Below are positions 44,320 to 53,122 of a stretch of DNA of 54,327 bases, piece by piece. The stretch is from Acidimicrobiales bacterium (GTDB lineage: Bacteria > Actinomycetota > Acidimicrobiia > Acidimicrobiales > Ilumatobacteraceae): contig DASZOG010000163.1 in NCBI GenBank assembly GCA_035550895.1, forward strand, positions 1 through 54,327, read 5' to 3'. The notes below the pieces were generated by a model. The model worked only from the letters and a program-made list of their open reading frames with translations, had not been told where the DNA came from and did no database searches. Made by a program: the position numbers and the translations under genes. Every line of letters starts with the position of its first letter. Positions within the stretch are counted from its first letter, which is position 1.

Positions 44320-45204
44320 TCAGGCGACAGGATCGAGGCCGTAGACGCGCTCGGCCGTGCGATGGAAGATCGCCGCCCGCTCGGGCGCGTTGAGGTCGGC
44401 TGTCGCCTCCCGATAACCCTCGACCAGCGCGGGTAGCGACCCGAACAACCGGTCGACCGGGAAGTTCGAGCCGAGCATGCACCGGTCAGCGCCGAAGGTC
44501 TCGACGCAGGAGAGGATCCACGGCCGGATGCTCGCCGCGGTCCAGTCCGGGTCCGAGGCGCCGGCGACGGCAGAGATCTTGCACACCACGTTCGGTCGCC
44601 GCGCTACGCGGGCCATCGCCGCCGACCAGGCCGCGAGGTCGCCCCGCGTGCGCTCGAGCGGCAGGCAAGCGTGGCTCAGTGCCAGCGTCACGGTCGGCCA
44701 GCGGTCGGCGATCTCCTCCAGTACGTCGAACTCGTCGTGCGCCCGGCGCAGCTCGACGGAGAAGCCGAGCTCGGCGAGCACGTCCATCGCCGGGACGATG
44801 TCCACGACGACGAGGTGCTTCGCCGACTCGTGGTCCCGGACGCCACGGACCCGTCCGTGGCGGGCGTGGTCGCGCAGGACGTCTGGTGCGCCGGGCCGGT
44901 GGAGCAGGCAGCGCCCGACGATGCCGTTCGGCATGCCGTGCTCGTCGGCCACGGACTCGAGCCACTCCGTCTCCAGCACCGGCCGCTCCAGCGGCTCGGC
45001 CGCCTGCACGTGCACGCAGCCGGCGAGTCCGGTCCCGGCGGCCTCGGCGACGTACTCGGGGACGCTGTAGCGCGGCGCGTCGAGCTCGGCGACCGCCGCC
45101 CACTTGCGGAATGTGTAGCCCGGCTGCAGCCATGCCCACTCGAGCCCCGGGACGGAGTGGTCCCAGAAGTGGATATGGGTGTCGATGAACGGCTCGTCAG
45201 CCAT
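44320..45204 (-). CDS. amidohydrolase family protein (Amidohydro_2 / TIM-barrel metal hydrolase)
   Basis: 294 aa. FIDTHIHFWD at the N-terminus. The start overlaps the upstream amidohydrolase stop by 8 nt. Confidence 0.85.
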   Translation of the reverse strand: MADEPFIDTHIHFWDHSVPGLEWAWLQPGYTFRKWAAVAELDAPRYSVPEYVAEAAGTGLAGCVHVQAAEPLERPVLETEWLESVADEHGMPNGIVGRCLLHRPGAPDVLRDHARHGRVRGVRDHESAKHLVVVDIVPAMDVLAELGFSVELRRAHDEFDVLEEIADRWPTVTLALSHACLPLERTRGDLAAWSAAMARVARRPNVVCKISAVAGASDPDWTAASIRPWILSCVETFGADRCMLGSNFPVDRLFGSLPALVEGYREATADLNAPERAAIFHRTAERVYGLDPVA

Positions 45205-46576
45205 GCTCAGCGCTCACGACCAGTTGGCGCTCGACCCAGAGCGGGCGGCGCATCTCCGGCCGAGGAGTCGGCACGGTGTAGTCGGCGTGGTAGGTGCGCT
45301 CGACCTGCCGGCCACCGACGAAGACCATCGAGATGGTGGCGATGTCCTCGATGCGGGCGAGCGGGTCGGCGTCGAGGACGATCAGGTCGGCCAGCTTCCC
45401 CGGCGTGACCGTGCCCAGCTCGTTCTCCACGCCGAGAAACGCCGCGTTCGCACCCGTCGCCATGACGAGCGCCTGCAGCGGTGAGTAGCCGAGGTCGGCC
45501 AGGAACAGCAGCTCCCGCTGGAGGCTCAGCCCGGGGACGGAGAGGTACGTGTCCGACCCGGCGAGCAGGCGCCCCCCTGCGTCGTGGTGGGCGCGAAGCA
45601 TCGCCTGCACCTTCGCGTAGCCGACGCGCAGCTGCGCGAGATCGTCGGGGTCGTCGATCCTGTAGAGCGCCGAGTCGGACCAGATCGAGCGGGCCGCGTC
45701 GGGCACGTACGCGAGCGAAGGATCCCGCGCCACCTGGGCGTCCTCCGCCGCGAAGTCGTCGCGCCGCGGACAGGCCATCCGCCACCATCCCGACATCGTC
45801 GGGATCAACGCCACGCCGTGCCCGGCCAGCTCGCGCATCAGGTCGTGGCCCCGGTGCTCGTTGATCAGCGCGTACGCCTTCCGTTCTGCCTCGTACTTGG
45901 CGTAGATGTCGCGAGCCTCGAGCGCGTCGAGGTCGATGGTCAGCCACGGGTCGAGCGTGGCCTGGACGATGCCGCTGGCGTGCTCGAGGCCGTCGATGCC
46001 AGCGTCCATCGCGGCGCGCGCATCAGTGGCCCGCAGGTGCCCGGTCACCGGCAGGCCGAGCTCGTGCGCCGCCTCGACCACCGGTGCGAGGAGCTCGAGC
46101 GGCATCCGTTCGCGCACCTTGATCGCGACAGCGCCGTGCTCGTGCAGCAGCGCGACCACGCGCCGCGCCATCGCCGGGCTCTCCAGACCGATGAAGTGGT
46201 CGCGGCGGGGAGGCGGCACGTCGAGCCCGTTGCCGGTGTAGAAGAGGCGCGGGCCGCGCGCCGAGCCGGCCTCGATCTCGCGCCGCGCGGTCGCGATCCA
46301 CTCCACGTCGTTGCCGACGTCCTTGACCGTGGTCACGCCGTGAGCGAGGAACAGCTCGCCCATCCACTCGAAGTAGTGCACGTGGACGTCGATCAGTCCC
46401 GGGAGCACGAACTTGCCGGAGACGTCGTGCACCGCCGCGCCGTCCGGCACGGCGACCTCGTCCCGCCGGCCGACCTGTGCGATGCGGTCGCCCCGCACGA
46501 GCACCGTCGCGTTCGGGACGGGAGATGCGCCGGTGCCGTCGACGACGGTCGCCCCGACAAGGGCCATGGACGTCAA
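45197..46576 (-). CDS. amidohydrolase family protein (Amidohydro_1, dihydroorotase/imidazolonepropionase-like)
   Basis: ALVGATVVDGTG...VLPGLIDVHVHY...GVTTVKD...AGSD. The start is TTG 46576 (track) or, more likely, ATG 46567. Confidence 0.88.
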   Translation of the reverse strand: MTSMALVGATVVDGTGASPVPNATVLVRGDRIAQVGRRDEVAVPDGAAVHDVSGKFVLPGLIDVHVHYFEWMGELFLAHGVTTVKDVGNDVEWIATARREIEAGSARGPRLFYTGNGLDVPPPRRDHFIGLESPAMARRVVALLHEHGAVAIKVRERMPLELLAPVVEAAHELGLPVTGHLRATDARAAMDAGIDGLEHASGIVQATLDPWLTIDLDALEARDIYAKYEAERKAYALINEHRGHDLMRELAGHGVALIPTMSGWWRMACPRRDDFAAEDAQVARDPSLAYVPDAARSIWSDSALYRIDDPDDLAQLRVGYAKVQAMLRAHHDAGGRLLAGSDTYLSVPGLSLQRELLFLADLGYSPLQALVMATGANAAFLGVENELGTVTPGKLADLIVLDADPLARIEDIATISMVFVGGRQVERTYHADYTVPTPRPEMRRPLWVERQLVVSAEHG

Positions 46577-46638
46577 GACGATTCAGTATACCGATTTGTC
46601 CGCGACCGGAGCGGACGTGGTCGGTAGTCTCCGGAGGC

Positions 46639-47664
46639 TTGAACGCTGGTTCGTGGGTGGTCATCGGGCTGGACAACGGGGGGACGTCGAACAACGCGAC
46701 GGTCCTCGACGCGTCCGGCCGGTTCCTCGTCGACCGGCTCCTGGAGACGCCGAGCCGCGTCCGCGAGGGTCCGTCCGTCGGAATCGAAGCGCTCGTCCTC
46801 GCCTTCGAGCACGTGCTCGCGGCGACGGGCAGGAAACGGGCGCAGGTGCGGGCCGTCGGGCTCGACACGCCGGGACCGGCGAGCGCGGACGGTGTCATCT
46901 CGTCCCGTGGCTCGACGAACTTCGCCCATCCCGCCTGGCCCGGGTTCGACGTGCGCGGCGCGCTCGAGACAGCGCTCGGCGTACCGGTCGTCTACAACAA
47001 CGACGGTAACGCTGCCGCCCTCTACGCGCACACCGTGCACTTCGGCGCGGACGCGGCGCACCGGTCCTCGATCTCCGCGATCGTCGGCACGGGTCTCGGT
47101 GGCGGCGTGATCGAGGCCGGCCAGATCGTCCGCGGAGCAGCGGGCATGGCTGGCGAGCTGGGCCACGTGCACATCCCGCTCCACGGACTACTGGAGGACG
47201 ATCAACCACTCCCCGGCTGCAACTGCGGCTTCGTCGGCGATGCCGAGAGCATCGCCTCGCTCACCGGCATCGAGAAGAACCTCCTGCCGTACTGGCTGAC
47301 GCGGTACCCGGACCACGAGCTCGCCCGGGTCGCGGATGTGTCCCGCGCCGCCCAACTCGTGCGCGGCCACGGCGAGCGCGGCGATCCGCTGGCGCGGCGG
47401 ATCTTCGAGCAGCAGGCGCAGGCGCTCGGGCGGCTGTTCACCATCGCAGCGAACTATTCGGATCCGGACGCCTACTTTCTCGGGGGCGGTGTCGTCGAAG
47501 CGCAACCGGCGTTCCGCGCCTGGTTCCTCGAACAGGTGCAGGCGCACACGCAGCTGCGCGCCGAGCAGGCGCGTGTCGCCCAATTCGCGCTGGTGCCGGA
47601 CCTCGACATGGCCGGTGCCCGCGGCGCCGCCCTCGCCGCCCGCGCCACCCTCGCGCAGGCCTGA
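46639..47664 (+). CDS. ROK family protein (sugar kinase or regulator-like)
   Basis: VVIGLDNGGTSNNATVLD, NDGNAAAL, VGTGLGGGVI, GELGHV and the Zn-motif variant GCNCGFVGDAE. The start is uncertain (TTG 46639 or GTG 46657). The track ORF from 46477 over-extends. Confidence 0.8.
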   Translation: MNAGSWVVIGLDNGGTSNNATVLDASGRFLVDRLLETPSRVREGPSVGIEALVLAFEHVLAATGRKRAQVRAVGLDTPGPASADGVISSRGSTNFAHPAWPGFDVRGALETALGVPVVYNNDGNAAALYAHTVHFGADAAHRSSISAIVGTGLGGGVIEAGQIVRGAAGMAGELGHVHIPLHGLLEDDQPLPGCNCGFVGDAESIASLTGIEKNLLPYWLTRYPDHELARVADVSRAAQLVRGHGERGDPLARRIFEQQAQALGRLFTIAANYSDPDAYFLGGGVVEAQPAFRAWFLEQVQAHTQLRAEQARVAQFALVPDLDMAGARGAALAARATLAQA

Positions 47665-47713
47665 GCGAGCGACCTTTCAGGCCGAATCGACGCCCACCGC
47701 ACGCGATCCTTGT

Positions 47714-47758
47714 TCTGGGCGCGAAATGGTGCGGCATGCGCAACATTTCGCGCCCAGA
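47714..47758. terminator. long near-perfect palindrome between convergent genes (15-bp outer stem plus 4-bp inner stem, no U-tract)
   Basis: TCTGGGCGCGAAATG (47714-47728) pairs with CATTTCGCGCCCAGA (47744-47758). An inner TGCG/CGCA stem lies around GCATG. Confidence 0.5.
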
Positions 47759-47795
47759 TCGAGTCGGATGAGACCGCGGGCGGTCCCGTCGCTGG

Positions 47796-49451
47796 TCAGC
47801 GGCGTTGTCCGCGGATCGTGTCGAGGAGCGGGCCGTAGCACGCCGGGTCGACTTCCGCATCGATCAGTGTCGGTGTGCGCCGGGCCAGCGCCGTGGTGAT
47901 CGCGGCGCGGTAGCCGTCCACGTCCTTGACACGCGCGGCGTCGAGTCCGCAGCCGCGGGCGATCGCCGCGAAGTCCGTCGCGCGGTAGGAGACCGCGTCC
48001 GCGCCGCCCTGGCCGTCAGGCTGCTGTTTCACCGCGATGAGGCTCAGCGCGGAGTCGTTGAACACGACGACCACGACGGGCAGGTGCAGGCGGGCCAACG
48101 TCTCCAGTTCGGCGAGGACCATGCCGAGCCCACCGTCGCCGGTGAAGCAGACCACGCTCAACTCGGGCCGGACGAGCGCGGCGGCGATCGCCGCCGGCAG
48201 GGCGAAGCCCATCGTCGCCAGCCCACTGGAGATCAGCAGCTCCCCCGGCGCGGCGACCTCCCACAAGTGCATCGCGGCGAACATGTGCGCCCCGGCGTCG
48301 ACCGTCGCGATCGTCCCCTGCGGCGCCACCTCGCGGGCGATGGTGACGACGTGCTGCGGTGTGAGCGCGCACGCCGCTTCCGGTGCCGCAGCGAGGACCT
48401 CGGCGACGGCCTGCGCGCGGAACGCACCGCCGGCGGTCGCCGGCCACGTCGACTGCGCCCCGGCCGCGGCGAAGCGAACGAGCTCCGCCGGCGCGCCGAC
48501 GACCTCGACTGTCAGTTGCTCCCCGAAGTAGGTGCTGTCGTCGATCGGCCACGCCCCGAGCAGCACGACCGGAGCGGGGTACGGCCACGGGGCCGGGACC
48601 AGCTCGACCGGATCGAGGCCGACGCCGACGATCAGGTCGGCAGCGTCGAGCGCGGGCGACTCGATCGTCGCTCCCGTGACGACCCCGGCGCTCCACGGCG
48701 CGGCGTCGGGAGTGATCCCCCGCGCCTTGTACGTCGTCAGCACGGGGACGTGCGCGCCGCGGCCGAGCTCGTCGAGTGCCGCGGTCAGGGCGCGCCGCGC
48801 CTCTGGTAGCTGCGCGATCGCACCGACGCCCGCGACGACGACCGGCCGGCGCGCGGCGCGCAACAGCCGGACCGCCGCGTCCCGCGCCGCCGAGTCATCC
48901 CGCCGATCCACGACGCCCGGGAGCGCGGCACCCGCGGACGCGCCCGGGTCGAGCTCGACGTGCACGGGTCCGGGCGGTGCGGCGAGCGCCAGCCCGACAA
49001 CGCGCGCCGCGGCCGCCGGATCGGCGCCGTCGAGGACGACAGAGGCCTTCGTCACGCTGCCGAGCAGGCTCTGCTGCGCGAGGCGCTGGTGCGACACGCG
49101 CGACCGCTCCTCGTGGCCGACGGAGTCGGTCACGAGGATCATCGGCTGCCGGTCGAGCAGGGCCTGGGCGGCGCCGTTCACGGCACTCGCCGCCCCGGGC
49201 CCCCGCGTCGCCACGCACAGGCCGGGCGCCCCCGTCAGCTCACCGGTGACGCCGGCCATGATCGCTCCTGCTGTCTCGCCGTGGACGAGGACGAAGCGCA
49301 TGCCATGTGCCTCGACGGCGCCGACGACCTCGAGGTTCGACCCGCCGCCAGGCACTCCGAACGCATGCGTCGTGCCCGCGGCGCGGCAGCCGGACACGAG
49401 CTCGGCGGCCAGCTCGCGCTGGCGCGCGACCGACTCGGAGAGCTGACCCAT
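47796..49451 (-). CDS. thiamine-pyrophosphate-binding enzyme (acetolactate synthase large-subunit-like)
   Basis: 551 aa. FGVPGGGSNLEVV, VHGETAGAIMAGVTGELTG and the TPP motif GDGGLGMVLAELETL...VVVFNDSAL. Confidence 0.9.
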   Translation of the reverse strand: MGQLSESVARQRELAAELVSGCRAAGTTHAFGVPGGGSNLEVVGAVEAHGMRFVLVHGETAGAIMAGVTGELTGAPGLCVATRGPGAASAVNGAAQALLDRQPMILVTDSVGHEERSRVSHQRLAQQSLLGSVTKASVVLDGADPAAAARVVGLALAAPPGPVHVELDPGASAGAALPGVVDRRDDSAARDAAVRLLRAARRPVVVAGVGAIAQLPEARRALTAALDELGRGAHVPVLTTYKARGITPDAAPWSAGVVTGATIESPALDAADLIVGVGLDPVELVPAPWPYPAPVVLLGAWPIDDSTYFGEQLTVEVVGAPAELVRFAAAGAQSTWPATAGGAFRAQAVAEVLAAAPEAACALTPQHVVTIAREVAPQGTIATVDAGAHMFAAMHLWEVAAPGELLISSGLATMGFALPAAIAAALVRPELSVVCFTGDGGLGMVLAELETLARLHLPVVVVVFNDSALSLIAVKQQPDGQGGADAVSYRATDFAAIARGCGLDAARVKDVDGYRAAITTALARRTPTLIDAEVDPACYGPLLDTIRGQRR

Positions 49452-49494
49452 GCGTTTACGTTATGGGCGACTGCTACCAGAGGGGGTTCTGTCG

Positions 49495-50016
49495 ATGGCC
49501 ATCAAGGTCGCCCGATTTCTCGACGTCGCCGAGGGGTTGCAGCCAGGGCAGTTCTCGGTCGGGTCCCACGACGAGGTCGCCTCGCTCGACGAGCTCGATC
49601 CGATCTACAAGCGCCTGCTCGACGAGCCCATCGCGTCCGTGCTCGGGCTGATCGGGAACGACGGGCGGGTGAACCAGACGCCGATGTGGTTCGACTACGC
49701 GGGCGACAAGGTGCTCCTCAACGTGGCGACGCACCGGAAGAAGGTGGAATGGATCCGGAAGAACGACCACCTCTCGTTCCTCCTCGTCAACCCGCAGAAC
49801 GCGTACCACTGGGTCAGCATCAAGACGACCGTCGAACGGGAGATCCTCGAGGACGATCCGCAGGAGGGCGCGTCCGTCACCGCCCAGGTCGACAAGATCT
49901 GGCAGAAGTACACCAACAACCCGCCGCCGTACGGGTTGCGTGATCCCTCGATCGACGAGCGGCGGGTGCTGTTCGTCTGCGGCGTCGATCGCGTCGCCAC
50001 GTTCGGCAAGCCCTGA
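49495..50016 (+). CDS. pyridoxamine 5'-phosphate oxidase (PPOX) family / F420-dependent-like protein
   Basis: Trimmed to ATG 49495, with GAGGGGG 9 nt upstream. SVLGLIGNDGRVNQTPMWFDYAGDKVLLNVATHRKKVEWIRKN and LFVCGVDRV. Confidence 0.7.
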   Translation: MAIKVARFLDVAEGLQPGQFSVGSHDEVASLDELDPIYKRLLDEPIASVLGLIGNDGRVNQTPMWFDYAGDKVLLNVATHRKKVEWIRKNDHLSFLLVNPQNAYHWVSIKTTVEREILEDDPQEGASVTAQVDKIWQKYTNNPPPYGLRDPSIDERRVLFVCGVDRVATFGKP

Positions 50017-50040
50017 CCGGTCGCGCCGCATCCGCCACCG

Positions 50041-51222
50041 GTGCCGCCGGCCAGCGTCGCCATCGTGGGAGGCTCGCTCGGCGGGCTCACCGCCGGGCTC
50101 CTCCTGCGCGACCTCGGGCTCGACGTCACGATCCACGAACGCGCCAACGAGGAGTTGCGTGAACGGGGCGCAGGGATCGGCTTCCTCCCCGACAGCTCCC
50201 GGTACCTCGTGGAGCGGGCCGGCGTCGCGCTCGACGACATCAGCACCGCCACCGACGTCATCCGGTACTACGACCGCCGGGGCGATGTGCTCCACGAGCG
50301 CCGTCACCGTTACCGGTTCAGCTCGTGGAACACCGTGTACCACCGTCTGCTGGCCGCGTTCGGGCCCGAGCGTTACCGGCTCGGGCAGGAGGTGGTGGCC
50401 CGCCGGGAGCTCGGCGAGCGCGTCGCGTTCGATCTCGCCGACGGCAGCAGCGGGGAAGCCGACCTGCTCGTCTGCGCGGACGGCGTCGGGTCGACGTTCC
50501 GCGCGCTGCTCCTGCCCGACGCCCACCGGCGCTACTCGGGTTACGTCGCCTGGCGGGGCATGGTGCCCGAGGGCGAGCTCGGCGCGAGCACACGGGAAGA
50601 GCTGGGCGAGGCGATCTCGTACTACGTGTATGCGAACAGCCACATCCTCGTGTATCCGATCCCCGGTCCCGACGGATCCGTGCGCGCAGGCGAGCGGTTG
50701 ATCAACTTCGTCTGGTACCGCAACTACCTCGACGGCGCGGACCTCGTCGACCTCCTCACCGACGCGTCCGGCGCGCGGCGGGAGCTCTCCCTGCCGCCGG
50801 GCACGGTGCGCGACCACCACGTCGCCGAGCTCCATGCCACAGCGACGGCGCGGCTGCCGCCTCGCGTGGCCGAGGTGGTCCACGCCACGCCGACGCCATT
50901 TCTCCAGGTCGTGTACGACCTGGAGGTGTCGCGCATGGTCTTCGGTCGCACGTGCCTGATCGGCGACGCGGCGTGGGTCGCCCGACCGCATGCCGCGGCG
51001 GGGACGGCGAAGGCGGCCGCGGACGGCTGGGCCCTCGCCGGCGCGCTGGCGACGCACGACTCGATCCCGGAAGCGCTCGCCGCGTGGGAGCCTGGGCAGA
51101 TGGAGCTCGGGCGACAGCTCGTCGAGCGCACGCGGCGCATCGGCTTCCGCTCGCAGGTCAGTTGCACGTGGGACCCGACCGACCCGGACTTCCTCTTCCG
51201 CCTGCGCGAGGAGGGCCCGTGA
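50041..51222 (+). CDS. FAD-dependent monooxygenase (2,6-dihydroxypyridine-hydroxylase-like)
   Basis: 393 aa. VAIVGGSLGGLTAGLLLRDLG, LLVCADGVGSTFR, CLIGDAAWVARPHAAAGTAKAAADG. Confidence 0.85.
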   Translation: MPPASVAIVGGSLGGLTAGLLLRDLGLDVTIHERANEELRERGAGIGFLPDSSRYLVERAGVALDDISTATDVIRYYDRRGDVLHERRHRYRFSSWNTVYHRLLAAFGPERYRLGQEVVARRELGERVAFDLADGSSGEADLLVCADGVGSTFRALLLPDAHRRYSGYVAWRGMVPEGELGASTREELGEAISYYVYANSHILVYPIPGPDGSVRAGERLINFVWYRNYLDGADLVDLLTDASGARRELSLPPGTVRDHHVAELHATATARLPPRVAEVVHATPTPFLQVVYDLEVSRMVFGRTCLIGDAAWVARPHAAAGTAKAAADGWALAGALATHDSIPEALAAWEPGQMELGRQLVERTRRIGFRSQVSCTWDPTDPDFLFRLREEGP

Positions 51223-52346
51223 GCGCCGGGCGGCGGGAGGTCGCCAAGGCGATGGCGGACCGCGCGCTGGAGCTGCTCGACGCGCTCGACCCGGATCAAC
51301 GCGCGCTCGCCGCGTGGCCGTTCGACACCGACGAGCGGACGCGCTGGTTCTACACACCGACCGACCACGGCGGGCTGCCGCTGTCGGCCATGCGCCCGGC
51401 GCAGCAGCGGCTGACGCATCGGCTCGTGGCCAGCGGGCTGTCCCGCGCCGGCTACGTGACCGTCGCGACGATCATCGGGCTGGACAACGTGCTCGATGCT
51501 GCCGAGGGCTGGACGTCGTTCTTCGAGCGCGAGCGCGGGCGTGATCCCGGCCTGTACTTCGTGCGGATCTTCGGCGACCCGGCCGGGCCGGAACCGTGGT
51601 CGTGGCGCTTCGGCGGCCATCACGTCTCGCTGCAGCACACGATCGTCGACGGCGAGGTCGTCGCGTCGACTCCCTGCTTCCTCGGCGCGGACCCGGCGAC
51701 GTCGCCGTTGCTCGGCCCGCACCCGCTGCGCCCGCTCGCCGGCGCCGAGGACCTCGGCCGCGAGCTGGTCCGTTCGTTGGACGAGGAGCAGCTCGCTGCC
51801 GCCGTCCTCTCCCCCGTCGCGCCGACCGACCTGGTCAGCGCGAACCGGAGCCGGTTCGGCCAGGGTGACGGCGACCTCCCGCTCGGACTCCCGGACATCT
51901 GGCGCACCCGCTTCACCGGCGAGCTCGGGGCGCGGATGCAGGCCACGCAGGAACGCGCCGAACGCGAGGCTGGTCTGCGGGCCGAGCATCTGGAGGCGGT
52001 CCGCCTCAGCGCAGTGGCGAAGGGGCTCGCCGCTGCGGCGCTCCGCCCGGACCAGCGGGACGCGCTCCGCGCGCTTCTCGACGTGTACGTCGACCGCATC
52101 CCCGCCGCGCTCGCCGACGCCGAGCGGGCGAAGTACGCGGGCGACGGGCTCGGCGAGCTCCGCTTCGCGTGGGCCGGCAGCATGGAGCCGGGCCACGGCC
52201 ACTACTACCGCGTGCAGGGCCGACGGCTGCTGGTCGAGTACGACAACACGCAGCGCGGCGCGAACCATGTCCACGCCGTGTGGCGCGACGCGGCGGCCGA
52301 CTTCGGGTTCGATCCCCTCGGCCACCACGTCGCGCACGAGCACTGA
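51219..52346 (+). CDS. DUF3500 domain-containing protein
   Basis: GTG 51219 overlaps the monooxygenase stop (GTGA). ERTRWFYTPTDHGGLPL, PWSWRFGGHHVSLQHT, TPCFLGADPA, EYDNTQRGANHVHAVWRD. Confidence 0.8.
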   Translation: MSAGRREVAKAMADRALELLDALDPDQRALAAWPFDTDERTRWFYTPTDHGGLPLSAMRPAQQRLTHRLVASGLSRAGYVTVATIIGLDNVLDAAEGWTSFFERERGRDPGLYFVRIFGDPAGPEPWSWRFGGHHVSLQHTIVDGEVVASTPCFLGADPATSPLLGPHPLRPLAGAEDLGRELVRSLDEEQLAAAVLSPVAPTDLVSANRSRFGQGDGDLPLGLPDIWRTRFTGELGARMQATQERAEREAGLRAEHLEAVRLSAVAKGLAAAALRPDQRDALRALLDVYVDRIPAALADAERAKYAGDGLGELRFAWAGSMEPGHGHYYRVQGRRLLVEYDNTQRGANHVHAVWRDAAADFGFDPLGHHVAHEH

Positions 52347-52348
52347 CG

Positions 52349-52370
52349 GGCGCCTGCGCGCTCAGGCGCC
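52349..52370. terminator. 8-bp GC hairpin between convergent genes
   Basis: GGCGCCTG-cgcgct-CAGGCGCC. Confidence 0.4.
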
Positions 52371-52386
52371 GGCGACACCCGGCGTG

Positions 52387-52788
52387 TCAGCCGAGAAGCT
52401 TCGCTTTCTGTGCCTCGAACTCGGCGTCGGTGATCACGCCGCGCGCCTTGAGGTCGGCGAGCTTCGCCAGCTCGTCGGCGGTGCCGCCGCCGCTGCCGCT
52501 CGTCGCGACATCGCGCACGTAGGACTGGAACGCCTGCTCCTGTGCCTTCGCCGATTCGATGTCGCGCTGTGTCATCGAATGCCCGCGGGCGATGACGTAC
52601 ACGAGCACGCCGAGGAACGGCAGGAAGATCACGAAGATGATCCACAGCGCCTTCGCGACGCCGCCCATGTCACGGCTGCGGAAGATGTCGGCGAGGACGC
52701 GGAACAGCAGGAAGAACCAGGCGATCCAGAGAAAGAAGATCAGCATGGTCCAGAACAGGTTCAGCAGCGGGTAGTCGTACGCGAGCAC
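52387..52788 (-). CDS. small membrane protein with a PLDc_N-type N-terminal TM pair and a C-terminal SHOCT domain
   Basis: GTG 52786-52788 has GGAG ~7 nt upstream. LNLFWTMLIFFLWIAWFFLLFRVLADIFR...ALWIIFVIFLPFLGVLVYVIARG. SHOCT: ELAKLADLKARGVITDAEFEAQKAKLL. Confidence 0.8.
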   Translation of the reverse strand: MLAYDYPLLNLFWTMLIFFLWIAWFFLLFRVLADIFRSRDMGGVAKALWIIFVIFLPFLGVLVYVIARGHSMTQRDIESAKAQEQAFQSYVRDVATSGSGGGTADELAKLADLKARGVITDAEFEAQKAKLLG

Positions 52789-52934
52789 TTCTTCTCCTTC
52801 GTGCAGTCGTGGCGACCGTTCGCCCGACGCGGGGAGCACACTACGTTGCCCCGTCACGGCGCCACGTCCTGCGGAGGGTGACCTTGTCGGACTACACGGG
52901 CTCGTCGCCATTCCGGCCGCGGCGCACCGGCCGT

Positions 52935-53084
52935 CTGTTGCAGCGCACGTTCCCGGTCTCGGAGCATCTTCCCGCGTGCACGCAGCGCAATCTGGGCAGC
53001 GACGCGCTGGCGGGCGTCACCGTCGCCTCGCTCGCGCTCCCGTCGGCGATGGCATACGCGCAGCTCGCCGGGCTGTCTCCGGTC
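52935..53084 (+). pseudogene. N-terminal remnant of a SulP-family anion transporter gene
   Basis: Part of track ORF 52809..53126. LGSDALAGVTVASLALPSAMAYAQLAGLSPV matches the conserved SulP N-terminal TM1-2 motif (D..AG.TVA...P.AMAYA.LAG..P). The expected GLYA and the rest of the ~500-aa protein are missing. The frame runs into the 3' end of the hydrolase gene. Confidence 0.5.
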
Positions 53085-53122
53085 GCCGTGCGCGCCGTGG
53101 AGGCCTGCCAGCCCAACGCCGA

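Noticed and set aside
49474-51357. 627-aa minus-strand ORF; also 27991..29820, 17068..18942, 34067..35464, 36076..37425 and 50724..52343
   Set aside because: All are antisense to genes with strong family signatures. Their amino-acid composition is typical of GC-rich non-coding frames.
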